The notes under the pieces were generated by a model that searched no databases, was not told the DNA's origin, and was given only the letters and a program-made list of their open reading frames with translations. The position numbers and the translations under genes are program-made. Of a DNA stretch of 37,934 nucleotides, positions 16,623 through 25,215 are shown in pieces. Position 1 is the stretch's first letter, and every line of letters starts with the position of its first letter. Source of the stretch: a virus (lineage: Duplodnaviria; Caudoviricetes); IMG/VR virus record IMGVR_UViG_3300027804_000119, positions 1 through 37,934 of that record; one strand, written 5' to 3'.

Positions 16623-16651
16623 AAAGTCAGGGGGGGGAGGGGGAAGACTTT
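16623..16651 (+). other. G-tract (G8AG5) flanked by AAAGTC/GACTTT inverted repeat; candidate packaging or terminus site
   Basis: Seen directly. Role inferred from its position in the divergence gap upstream of terS. Confidence 0.4.
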
Positions 16652-16913
16652 AGTGTTTATCTTTGCAGGAGCCTCTAACGTTCACAAAAAGCTAAAAAGT
16701 GAATTAATTAGGGACAGATTAGACCACACCACTTAAAGCGCTAAGTAGTTGATCGACAAAGGAAACAGGACAGACTAGACAATCCTTCGAGTGCATAAAC
16801 AATTGGGGACAGATCAGTGATGAAAAAGTAAGCAGTTATCTGACTCTTAACTTACAGGACAGAGCAAAGAAGTGTAACATATGTAAATATTTGTAACAAA
16901 AGACAGAAAAAGC

Positions 16914-16941
16914 TTGACATCTGAGAAATCTGTGGTATAAT
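16914..16941 (+). promoter_or_regulatory. Sigma70 promoter for the morphogenesis arm
   Basis: TTGACA-N16-TATAAT with extended -10 TGn. Confidence 0.88.
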
Positions 16942-17051
16942 ATTTGTATAGAGATTAAAAAGTAACTAAGAAGGTGGTGGACTCTTATGTTACTAAGCAG
17001 GTCTAGGCCGATGAATCTGCACAGTTGGATACAACGAATGTAGACGTAACC

Positions 17052-17183
17052 TAGATGTCTAAGAAGCATAGAAGTTACATACTATAAGTAACTTACTACA
17101 AGTACTTATAATAATTAACTTATAAAGTTCTTAACATAGAAGACCTTTAAAGTACTTTAAGCATAGATGTTTTGTCTACTAAC
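17052..17183 (+). repeat. AT-rich palindromic element B
   Basis: Inverted, degenerate copy of 13731-13868. Confidence 0.8.
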
Positions 17184-17216
17184 AGTAGGTTGTCTCCCTA
17201 AGAAAGGATAAAGACA

Positions 17217-17579
17217 ATGGATGAAGAACCAATTAAAAGAACTAAGGCTGGAAGACCAAAGAAGTCTGAGCTTAAGGAAATCAAAGAGAGTAGATCAGTA
17301 GGTCGTCCTAAAGGTGAAGCTGCAATCATCAATGAGTATAAGCTACGTATGCTTAACTCACCTAAGAGTGCCAAGGTGCTTGAAGCCATTTACGATGCAG
17401 CTTTGAACGATGAACATAAGAACCAAGCTGCTGCATGGAAGCTGATTGTCGATAGGATTGTTCCTGTGTCTGCGTTTGAAGCAGCCAAACAAGGTAACGG
17501 TGTGCCTAGCATCTCGATCAACATTACGGGCTTAAACCAACCTGTGGTCAGCACCGATGAGGACATAATTGATGTCTGA
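17217..17579 (+). CDS. terS: Terminase small subunit
   Basis: GRPK repeats; SINITGL C-terminus; directly upstream of terL. Confidence 0.75.
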   Translation: MDEEPIKRTKAGRPKKSELKEIKESRSVGRPKGEAAIINEYKLRMLNSPKSAKVLEAIYDAALNDEHKNQAAAWKLIVDRIVPVSAFEAAKQGNGVPSISINITGLNQPVVSTDEDIIDV

Positions 17580-18828
17580 GTTAAACTTTGCCCTCCTGAA
17601 CTGGCAACAGACTGTCTTTAAAGACTCTCACCGCTTCAAGGTTGTAGCCGCTGGTCGCCGTTGTGGTAAATCCCGCCTGTCTGCTGTTACGCTGCTTATC
17701 GAGGCTTTAAACTGCCCTGAAGGGTCAGCAGTGATGTACATTGCTCCTACGCTAGGGCAGGCCCGGACGATCATATGGGACTTGCTGCATGACTTAGGTC
17801 GTCCAGTGATCAAGTCCTCCCACATCAACAACTTGGAGATTACCCTTGTCAACGGTAGAAAGATCCTCGTTAGAGGTGCTGATAACCCTGATAGTCTTCG
17901 GGGTGTGTCCCTTGTGTACGTGGTACTGGACGAATGTGCGTTCATTAAGCAGGAGATTTGGGAGAAGGTTATCCGTGCTGCTTTGTCGGACAAGAAAGGT
18001 AGGGCTTTATTCATCTCTACTCCGTCTGGTCGTAACTGGTTCTACGATGCTTTTAAGCTTGGTAAAGAGAACACTGATGAAGAGTGGAAGTCGTGGCACT
18101 ACACCACCCAAGACAACGAAACAATAGATCCCAAGGAAATCGAAGCAGCCAAGCGAACACTAAGTTCATTTGCCTTCAAGCAGGAATACCTGTCTAGCTT
18201 TGACACTTCAGGCTCTGACATCTTTAAAGAACACTGGATCAAGAAGGGTAAAGAACCCAGAGATGGTTCATACATCATTGCCATTGACTTGGCAGGCTTT
18301 GAAGACATATCCGATGGTTCCCAGAATAAGAAGAGACTAGACGAATCAGCTATTGCTGTCGTTAAGGTCACTGATGATGGGACTTGGTGGGTAAACAAGA
18401 TTGAGCATGGACGGTGGGATATTAAAGATACCTGTATGCGTATCTTAAAGAACATTAAAGAGTTCCAGCCTCTGGCGGTAGGAATTGAGAGAGGTACAGC
18501 TAAGAATGCTGCCTTGACGATCCTACAGGACATGATGAGGCAGTACAACACCTTCGCGCATATCCAAACCTTGACTCACGGGAATAAGAAGAAGACTGAC
18601 CGTATCATCTGGGCCTTACAAGGACGGATGGAGCACGGTAAGGTTATCCTGAATGAGGATGGTGAGTGGAGTGACTTTGAAGACCAACTCTTGATGTTCC
18701 CTACCAAAGGCGTACATGATGACTTGGTGGATGCTCTTGCTTATGTTGAACAACTTGCCCTCAACTCTTTCGTTCCTGACTATGAGGACGATGAGTATGA
18801 GGTTTATGACGCTATATCGGGGTATTAA
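17572..18828 (+). CDS. terL: Terminase large subunit
   Basis: AGRRCGKS Walker A, VLDECA Walker B, FISTP, IAIDLA, HDDLVDALAY nuclease motif. Confidence 0.96.
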   Translation: MSELNFALLNWQQTVFKDSHRFKVVAAGRRCGKSRLSAVTLLIEALNCPEGSAVMYIAPTLGQARTIIWDLLHDLGRPVIKSSHINNLEITLVNGRKILVRGADNPDSLRGVSLVYVVLDECAFIKQEIWEKVIRAALSDKKGRALFISTPSGRNWFYDAFKLGKENTDEEWKSWHYTTQDNETIDPKEIEAAKRTLSSFAFKQEYLSSFDTSGSDIFKEHWIKKGKEPRDGSYIIAIDLAGFEDISDGSQNKKRLDESAIAVVKVTDDGTWWVNKIEHGRWDIKDTCMRILKNIKEFQPLAVGIERGTAKNAALTILQDMMRQYNTFAHIQTLTHGNKKKTDRIIWALQGRMEHGKVILNEDGEWSDFEDQLLMFPTKGVHDDLVDALAYVEQLALNSFVPDYEDDEYEVYDAISGY

Positions 18829-18829
18829 A

Positions 18830-19477
18830 ATGGCTACAGGTTTATTTGAACAGCTTAAAAAGACAAGTAAGCCTCTTCCAACACAATGGGAGAAATTATT
18901 GTCTCCGGGCACAGCCCAATATGAAGCTGCTGTCCTCCTTAACAAGCAAGGTAAGCTACCTAATCTTGTTACAGGTAAAACAGCAGAAGATAGTTATAGT
19001 GCTCAGTTTGACCCAACAACAAATACAGTTACGTTAAATCCTACAACATTGGAAATTCCACAAGCTTTATCTCACGAACTTACCCATGCTTTATCGTATG
19101 CTATGAAAGATAAGGTATGGGCTATGCGTGATCAGTATGAAAAGACACGTAAACAAGCTACAGGAGTAGATGCTCAGTTTTTAGAGGCTTATCGTAAACT
19201 AGATCCTGATTTTTCAAAACTTAAAAAATTCCAATACCCTGACCAAGCGTACAACGAATATAGACACTCATCAACTGAGGCTCCTGCCTTTGCTGTAGGA
19301 CGTATGGAAGATCCTCGTAAGTCACTTACAAAAGCAGAATACTGGACTTCTTCTCCAGCAGGAAAACACGTAGACGCTACATTAGCACAGGAGCAAGCGA
19401 TTCTTCGTGACTTATATGGTCGGACGCAACTAATTTCACCCGCATATACAGACCCTATGGGGTTCACGATCAAATAA
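18830..19477 (+). CDS. HExxH zinc metallopeptidase-like protein (215 aa)
   Basis: AQFDPTTNTVTL...LSHELTHAL...YRHSSTEAPAF; start at MATGLFEQ. Confidence 0.65.
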   Translation: MATGLFEQLKKTSKPLPTQWEKLLSPGTAQYEAAVLLNKQGKLPNLVTGKTAEDSYSAQFDPTTNTVTLNPTTLEIPQALSHELTHALSYAMKDKVWAMRDQYEKTRKQATGVDAQFLEAYRKLDPDFSKLKKFQYPDQAYNEYRHSSTEAPAFAVGRMEDPRKSLTKAEYWTSSPAGKHVDATLAQEQAILRDLYGRTQLISPAYTDPMGFTIK

Positions 19478-19486
19478 GGATAAATA

Positions 19487-21472
19487 ATGGAAGACAACTT
19501 GGAACAGAGTCAGTATGACGAACCTACAGAGTCGGATAAAGAACTGACTGAGTGGGTTGTCTCCCACACTGACAAGTGGCGCGACTATCGTGACCAGAAC
19601 TACCTGACTGATTGGCAAGAGTACGAACGTATCTTCCGTGGTCAGTGGGCCGCTGAAGACCGTACCCGTGACTCAGAGCGTAGCCGTATCATCTCCCCTG
19701 CCACTCAGCAGGCGATTGAGACACGTCACGCTGAGATCATGGAAGCTATCTTTGGTCAGGGTGAGTGGTTCGACATTGAAGATGACATCAAAGACGTTAA
19801 CGGCACTGCCTTGGACGTTGAGCAGATCAAAGCTCAGTTGATGGAAGACTTCAACCGAGACAAGATTAAGAAGGCTATCGACCAGATTGAGTTGATGGCT
19901 GAGATCTACGGTACAGGTATCGGTGAGATCGCTGTGAAGACAGAGAAAGAATATTCTCCTGCCACTCAAGCTATCCCCGGCGTACAAGGTCAAGCAGCTA
20001 TCGGTGTGGTCGAGAAAGACCGTATCGCAGTTAAGCTGGTTCCTGTGAACCCTAAGAACTTCTTGGTTGATCCTAACGCTACATCCTTGGATGATGCTAT
20101 GGGTTGTGCCATTGAGAAGTTCATCTCGGTACACAAGATCGTTGAAGGCATGGAAAAGGGCATCTACCGTAAGGTGGACTTAGGCACTGATGGCCCAGAC
20201 GATGACTTAGAAGCTACCGAAGAGTCAGTTAGCTACCAAGATGGCCGTGTGCGTATGCTCACATACTACGGCTTGGTTCCTCGTGAATACTTGGAGCAGT
20301 TGGAGAACGAAGAAGCAGAGGTTGCTGATCTGTTCCCAGAAGACTCCTTAGCTGACGACTACGCTGAACTGGTTGAAGCTATCATTGTTATCGCTAACGG
20401 TAACAAGCTTTTGAAGGCTGAAGCTAATCCCTACATGATGAAGGATCGTCCTGTCATGTTGTACCAAGACGATACAGTCCCCGGGCGTGTGTGGGGTCGT
20501 GGTACAGCGGAGAAAGCCTACAACATGCAGAAGGCCATTGACGGTAGTTTGCGTATGGACAGTGATGCCCGTGCCCTTACAGCCGTTCCTATGATGGCTA
20601 TGGACGCTACCCGCTTGCCTCGTGGTGCTAAGTTCGAGGTTAAGCCCGGTAAATCGTTCCTGACCAACGGCGATCCTAACCAGATTATGATGCCTTTGCG
20701 CTTCGGTACACCTGATGACTCCTCCGTGAGAGCCTCTCAGAACTACGAACGCCTCTTGTTGCAAGCTACAGGTACTGTTGACAGTGCAGGTATGCCTTCA
20801 GCAGCTCCTCGTGACGCTGGCGCAGGTGGTATGTCGATGGCTATGGCTGGCATTATCAAGAAGTACAAGCGTACATTGACGAACTTCCAAGAAGATTTCT
20901 TGATTCCGTTCATCAACAAGGCTGCTTGGCGCTATATGCAGTTCGATCCTGAGCGTTACCCCTCTGTAGATGTGAAATTCATGCCTACAGCTACCTTGGG
21001 TATCTTGGCTCGTGAGTTTGAACAGCAGCAATTCATTGCCTTGCTCCAGACATTAGGCCCAGACACTCCGGTTCTGCCTCTGATTCTCAAGGGAATCTTG
21101 GGTAATAGCTCCTTGAGCAACCGTGGTGAGTTGATTGCAGCCTTGGAGCAGATGAGTCAGCCTAGTCCTGAAGCTCAACAGCAGGCTCAGATGCAGCAAG
21201 AAGCTGCTATGGCTAAGTTGCAAGCTGATTTGGCCCTGTTACAGGCTCAAACTCAGAAAGCAGCCGCTGAAGCACAGCAAACAATGGTTGAAACTCAGCT
21301 TATGCCTGAAGAGTTGCGTGTCAAGGTGGTGCAGGCCGCTGCCACGAACCTCGATCAGGATGCTGACTTCGCTAAACGTATGAAATTGGCTGATTTGATG
21401 CTCAAAGAGAAGGATATTGACTCTAACGAGCGTATCGCACTCGCACAGATGAGCAATCGTCAGCCTCAGTAA
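19487..21472 (+). CDS. Portal protein (P22-like)
   Basis: 661 aa following terL; YGTGIGEI, FLVDPNA, WGRG; Q/A-rich C-terminal helical barrel. Confidence 0.9.
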   Translation: MEDNLEQSQYDEPTESDKELTEWVVSHTDKWRDYRDQNYLTDWQEYERIFRGQWAAEDRTRDSERSRIISPATQQAIETRHAEIMEAIFGQGEWFDIEDDIKDVNGTALDVEQIKAQLMEDFNRDKIKKAIDQIELMAEIYGTGIGEIAVKTEKEYSPATQAIPGVQGQAAIGVVEKDRIAVKLVPVNPKNFLVDPNATSLDDAMGCAIEKFISVHKIVEGMEKGIYRKVDLGTDGPDDDLEATEESVSYQDGRVRMLTYYGLVPREYLEQLENEEAEVADLFPEDSLADDYAELVEAIIVIANGNKLLKAEANPYMMKDRPVMLYQDDTVPGRVWGRGTAEKAYNMQKAIDGSLRMDSDARALTAVPMMAMDATRLPRGAKFEVKPGKSFLTNGDPNQIMMPLRFGTPDDSSVRASQNYERLLLQATGTVDSAGMPSAAPRDAGAGGMSMAMAGIIKKYKRTLTNFQEDFLIPFINKAAWRYMQFDPERYPSVDVKFMPTATLGILAREFEQQQFIALLQTLGPDTPVLPLILKGILGNSSLSNRGELIAALEQMSQPSPEAQQQAQMQQEAAMAKLQADLALLQAQTQKAAAEAQQTMVETQLMPEELRVKVVQAAATNLDQDADFAKRMKLADLMLKEKDIDSNERIALAQMSNRQPQ

Positions 21473-21496
21473 CCAAAATGAAAGGAGTTTCCCCTT

Positions 21497-21736
21497 ATGG
21501 ATAAGGAACTTCAGCAGTATTACGAGGAAACCTTCTCAACAATGTCCACTCAAGGGTGGGCGTTCTTGATGGAAGACCTCACCAAGTTAAAGGATGAACT
21601 AGACAATATCCGCACGGTCAAAGACGCACAATCATTATCTTACCGTCAGGGCCAACTGGATATTCTAGATCTACTTTTAAACCGCAAGAAGACTTGTGAA
21701 GAAGTTTATGAACAACTGTTGCAGGAGGCAAAGTAA
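21497..21736 (+). CDS. Hypothetical head-module protein
   Basis: 79 aa; AAAGGAG SD; YRQGQL motif. Confidence 0.8.
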   Translation: MDKELQQYYEETFSTMSTQGWAFLMEDLTKLKDELDNIRTVKDAQSLSYRQGQLDILDLLLNRKKTCEEVYEQLLQEAK

Positions 21737-21978
21737 TGCGCCGTATGTTTGAGTTTGTTTGTGAAGATGGTCACATCTCCGAAGCATTAGTTGACGAAAC
21801 CGTCAGGGAACTTGCTTGTCGAGCCTGTGGTAAAGAGTCAACGAGAATTGTTTCTATGGTTCGTTCAAAGTTGGAGGGCATCTCCGGTGCTTTTCCATCT
21901 GCGTATGACGCATGGGAACGAAAGCGAAGTGAAAAGCTGGCACAAGAGAGGAAAGCCTCTTACGCTGTTCCAGAGTAA
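21736..21978 (+). CDS. FmdB-like zinc-ribbon protein
   Basis: FEFVCEDGH...CRACG...RIVS. Confidence 0.7.
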   Translation: MRRMFEFVCEDGHISEALVDETVRELACRACGKESTRIVSMVRSKLEGISGAFPSAYDAWERKRSEKLAQERKASYAVPE

Positions 21979-22058
21979 CACTTCACATTAACGGGTAGGT
22001 ACGCAAGTACCCACATTTCATAGTCCTATAATCTCAAGAGAGACAGGAGAATAATAGT

Positions 22059-22847
22059 ATGGCACTTATTGAGCAAGAATCGTTTGACCCAACACTGGAC
22101 ACGATTGATGAAGAACAGGTACAAGAGACTCCCAAGGTGGAACAACCTCCAGAGCCTGTAGTAGAAGACACGGTAATTCCTGACAAGTATAAAGGCAAAG
22201 CCTTTGAAGACATCGTGAAGATGCACCAAGAAGCTGAGAAGATGATTGGGAGGCAAGCACAGGAAGTACACGAGGTACGTTCATTAGCGGATCAGTTACT
22301 CAAACGACAACTCGAAAGCGACAATAAAGTACAGACTGTTGAAAGTACGCCCGAAGTTGATTTCTTTGAGAACCCTCAAGATTCAATTAAACGTGCAATC
22401 GAGAATAACCCCGCAGTTCTGGAGGCTAAACAGGCCAACCTTGAGCTTAAACGGATGAAGACAGCGCAGCAGCTTGCTTCCAAACATCCTGACTTTGGCA
22501 CTATTGCCAACGATACTGGATTTCAGGAGTGGGTCAAGGCAAGCCCTATTCGTCTGAGTCTGTATGCCAAGGCTGATGCAGAGTTTGACTTTAGTTCAGC
22601 GGATGAACTCTTAAGCACGTATAAGGAACTGAAACAGGTTCGTAACAACAACGTACAGGAAACTGGTAAGAAGCAACAAGCACAAGCTCTACGAGCCGCT
22701 GGTGTGGATACAAGTGGATCTGGCGAGGTTGCAAAGAAAGTTTACCGCCGTGCGGATTTAATCCGTCTTAAGATGACCGATCCAGATCGTTATGAGTTGC
22801 TACAACCCGAAATCATGGCAGCTTATCAACAGGGTCGTGTTAAGTAA
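22059..22847 (+). CDS. Capsid scaffolding protein
   Basis: Acidic N-terminus, PDKYKGK, coiled coil, YQQGRVK end; directly upstream of capsid. Confidence 0.85.
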   Translation: MALIEQESFDPTLDTIDEEQVQETPKVEQPPEPVVEDTVIPDKYKGKAFEDIVKMHQEAEKMIGRQAQEVHEVRSLADQLLKRQLESDNKVQTVESTPEVDFFENPQDSIKRAIENNPAVLEAKQANLELKRMKTAQQLASKHPDFGTIANDTGFQEWVKASPIRLSLYAKADAEFDFSSADELLSTYKELKQVRNNNVQETGKKQQAQALRAAGVDTSGSGEVAKKVYRRADLIRLKMTDPDRYELLQPEIMAAYQQGRVK

Positions 22848-22876
22848 TATCAATTGAATTTATAGGAGTATTTTAA

Positions 22877-23800
22877 ATGGCTTTAGGTACAGATCACGTC
22901 ACAGTCACCACCGCAGCAACCTTCATCCCTGAAGTTTGGAGCGATGAGATTGTTGCAGCATACAAAAAATCCCTCGTCATGGCCAATCTGGTCAAGAAGA
23001 TGAGCTTCAAGGGCAAGAAAGGTGACACCGTTCACATTCCTTCGCCTACCCGTGGTACAGCTTCCGCTAAGGCTGCTGGCTCTCAAGTGACCTTGATTGC
23101 CGCTACCGAAAGCGATGTGGCTATCTCCATCAACAAGCACTTCGAGTACAGCCGCTTGATCGAAGACATCGTTGAAGCACAAGCTCTGTCGAGCCTGCGT
23201 AGCTTCTACACTGACGATGCTGGTCACGCTCTGGGCAAGCAAGTGGACACCACTTTGATCCAACTGGCTCGTGCTGCTCGTGGCGGTAACTCCGCTAACG
23301 CTCAGTACTCTGGTGGTATCATCGGTTCTACTGGCGCTGCTTACACCTACTCTTCGTCTAACGCTGCCAACATCGCTGATGCTGGTATCCGTGCAGCTAT
23401 CCAGTTGCTGGACGATCAAGACGTGCCTATGGATGGCCGTTCGTTGGTGGTTCCTCCTGTTGCTCGTAACTCTATGTTGGGCATCAACCGCTTCACCGAG
23501 CAAGCCTTCAAAGGTAACGGTACTACCTTGATGAACGGTGAGTTTGGCGACATCTACGGCACTAAAGTGTACGTGTCCACCAACTGCGATACCGCTGCTG
23601 GTAACACCGCTTCTGACCGTGTGGCTTTGATGTTCCACCGCGACTGGGCTGTGTTGGTTGAGCAGATCGGCGTTCGCGCTCAGACTCAGTACAAACAAGA
23701 ATACCTCGGTAACTTGTTCACTGCTGACACCCTGTACGGCGTTGGCGAACTGCGTGACTACGGTTGCGTTCCAATCGTTGTGGACGCTTCTGCGGCTTAA
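22877..23800 (+). CDS. Major capsid protein
   Basis: FIPEVWS, KKGDTVHIP, LDDQDVP, DTLYGV; optimised codons; AGGAG SD; terminator follows. Confidence 0.93.
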   Translation: MALGTDHVTVTTAATFIPEVWSDEIVAAYKKSLVMANLVKKMSFKGKKGDTVHIPSPTRGTASAKAAGSQVTLIAATESDVAISINKHFEYSRLIEDIVEAQALSSLRSFYTDDAGHALGKQVDTTLIQLARAARGGNSANAQYSGGIIGSTGAAYTYSSSNAANIADAGIRAAIQLLDDQDVPMDGRSLVVPPVARNSMLGINRFTEQAFKGNGTTLMNGEFGDIYGTKVYVSTNCDTAAGNTASDRVALMFHRDWAVLVEQIGVRAQTQYKQEYLGNLFTADTLYGVGELRDYGCVPIVVDASAA

Positions 23801-23829
23801 TAAGCCTCGGCAGCCTGATGATTGATTAA

Positions 23830-23858
23830 GGGAGGGGCCTTCGGGCCTCTCTTTTCTT
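23830..23858 (+). terminator. Rho-independent terminator after the capsid gene
   Basis: GAGGGGCC-TTCG-GGCCTCTC then TTTTCTTT. Confidence 0.88.
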
Positions 23859-23899
23859 TACTACTTACACTGTGAGTAATAAATAAAGGAGATACACCA

Positions 23900-24082
23900 A
23901 TGGTAAGCTTTCAAATGAAGCATAGCACTAGACCACAGACTATTGCTACGGTAACTCGTGAAGTAGATATTAAGAGCTTTAGAGATAACCCTGAGTGGTA
24001 TGAGATTATCCCTACTGAGCAGCAACAAGAGACAATAGTTAAAGTCGTTAAACAAGTTAAGAAGACTAAGGAACTCAAATGA
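23900..24082 (+). CDS. Small hypothetical protein
   Basis: 60 aa; AAAGGAG SD; ATGA overlap with the next gene. Confidence 0.75.
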   Translation: MVSFQMKHSTRPQTIATVTREVDIKSFRDNPEWYEIIPTEQQQETIVKVVKQVKKTKELK

Positions 24083-25215
24083 CAATCTATCGCGGCCCCG
24101 GTGGTACAGGCAGTGCCAGTTCTGATTCGGATACCACAGAGTTCCAAGAGTTCTTGGTTCAAGCTGAAGCTGCCCGTGATGCTGCTCAGGCTGCTCAAAC
24201 TGCCGCAGAGTTGGCTGAAACCCATGCTGAAACTGCTGAGACCAATGCAGAGACAGCCGAAACTAACGCTGAGACTGCCGCTACAAGCGCTGAAACAGCT
24301 CAAGCTGCTGCTGAAGTTGCTCAGGCTGCTGCTGAGACAGCTCAAACTGCTGCTGAGACAGCAGAAACCAATGCCGCTGCTTCGGCTGTAGCTGCTGCTG
24401 CTAGTGCTGCCTCTATTAATGATGCCAACTTGGTTCACAAGACAGGTGATGAGACTGTTGCTGGTACTAAGACATTCAGTTCGGCTATTGTAGGTTCTGT
24501 TACTGGCAACGCTGGTAACGTAACAGGTACAGTGGCTATCGCCAATGGCGGCACAGGTGCTACAAGCGCCTCTGCTGCCCGTACTGCTTTGGGTTTAGCT
24601 ATCGGTACTGATGTTCAGGCGTATGATGCTACTATTCTGAAGTCCGCTAACATTGGCTCTACTGTGCAGGCGTATGACGCTGATTTGACCACATTAGGCG
24701 CTGGTGGTAGTGCTGCCCGTTCGTTCCTCGGCCTTGCTATCGGTACTGATGTTCAAGCCTACGATGCTGACTTGACTACTTTGGGTGCTGGCGGCAGTGC
24801 TGCTCGCTCATTCCTTGGTCTTGCCATTGGAACTGATGTTCAAGCCTACAACGCAAACACCGCAGTTACCAATGTGGCTCAATCTTTCACAGCAGCGCAG
24901 CGTGGCTCTATCACTGCCCTCACCGACGGTGCAACCATCACTCCTAACTTTGCATTAGCCAACAACTTCTCTGTGACTTTAGGCGGCAACCGAACACTGG
25001 CAAACCCAAGCAACTTGACTGCTGGTCAGTCTGGTGTGATTGTGATTACCCAAGACGGTACAGGCTCACGCACTTTGGCTTACGGTAGCTACTTCAAGTT
25101 TGCCAACGGTACAGCGCCAACTTTGACCACAACTGCCTCGGCTGTTGATGTTTTGGCTTATTATGTGGAAAGTACAACCCGCATTACTGCTCGTTTGATT
25201 GGCGATGTGAAATGA
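24079..25215 (+). CDS. Tail fibre-like structural protein with Ala/Glu/Thr coiled coil and 29-aa repeats
   Basis: AETAETNA repeats, VHKTGDETVAGTKTF, NGGTGA, GTDVQAYD repeats, QDGTGSRTL C-terminal domain. Confidence 0.78.
   Translation: MTIYRGPGGTGSASSDSDTTEFQEFLVQAEAARDAAQAAQTAAELAETHAETAETNAETAETNAETAATSAETAQAAAEVAQAAAETAQTAAETAETNAAASAVAAAASAASINDANLVHKTGDETVAGTKTFSSAIVGSVTGNAGNVTGTVAIANGGTGATSASAARTALGLAIGTDVQAYDATILKSANIGSTVQAYDADLTTLGAGGSAARSFLGLAIGTDVQAYDADLTTLGAGGSAARSFLGLAIGTDVQAYNANTAVTNVAQSFTAAQRGSITALTDGATITPNFALANNFSVTLGGNRTLANPSNLTAGQSGVIVITQDGTGSRTLAYGSYFKFANGTAPTLTTTASAVDVLAYYVESTTRITARLIGDVK
24664..24849 (+). repeat. 87-bp (29-aa) tandem coding repeat, two full copies plus a partial
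   Basis: VQAYDADLTTLGAGGSAARSFLGLAIGTD at 24664-24750 and 24751-24837. Confidence 0.9.

Noticed and set aside
16299-17069. Short minus-strand ORFs at 16299-16499 and 16836-17069
   Set aside because: They overlap repeat and promoter DNA, lack a clear SD and have atypical composition; the region is best read as non-coding control sequence.
18716-18829. Upstream extension of the metallopeptidase ORF (likewise for nrdA, polA and the 15299 ORF)
   Set aside because: These extensions overlap upstream genes or lack an SD; downstream ATGs fit the operon packing better.
22883-23698. 271-aa antisense ORF over the capsid gene, and similar shadows over portal, RNR and tail genes
   Set aside because: Explained by codon bias of the sense gene; no recognisable motifs.
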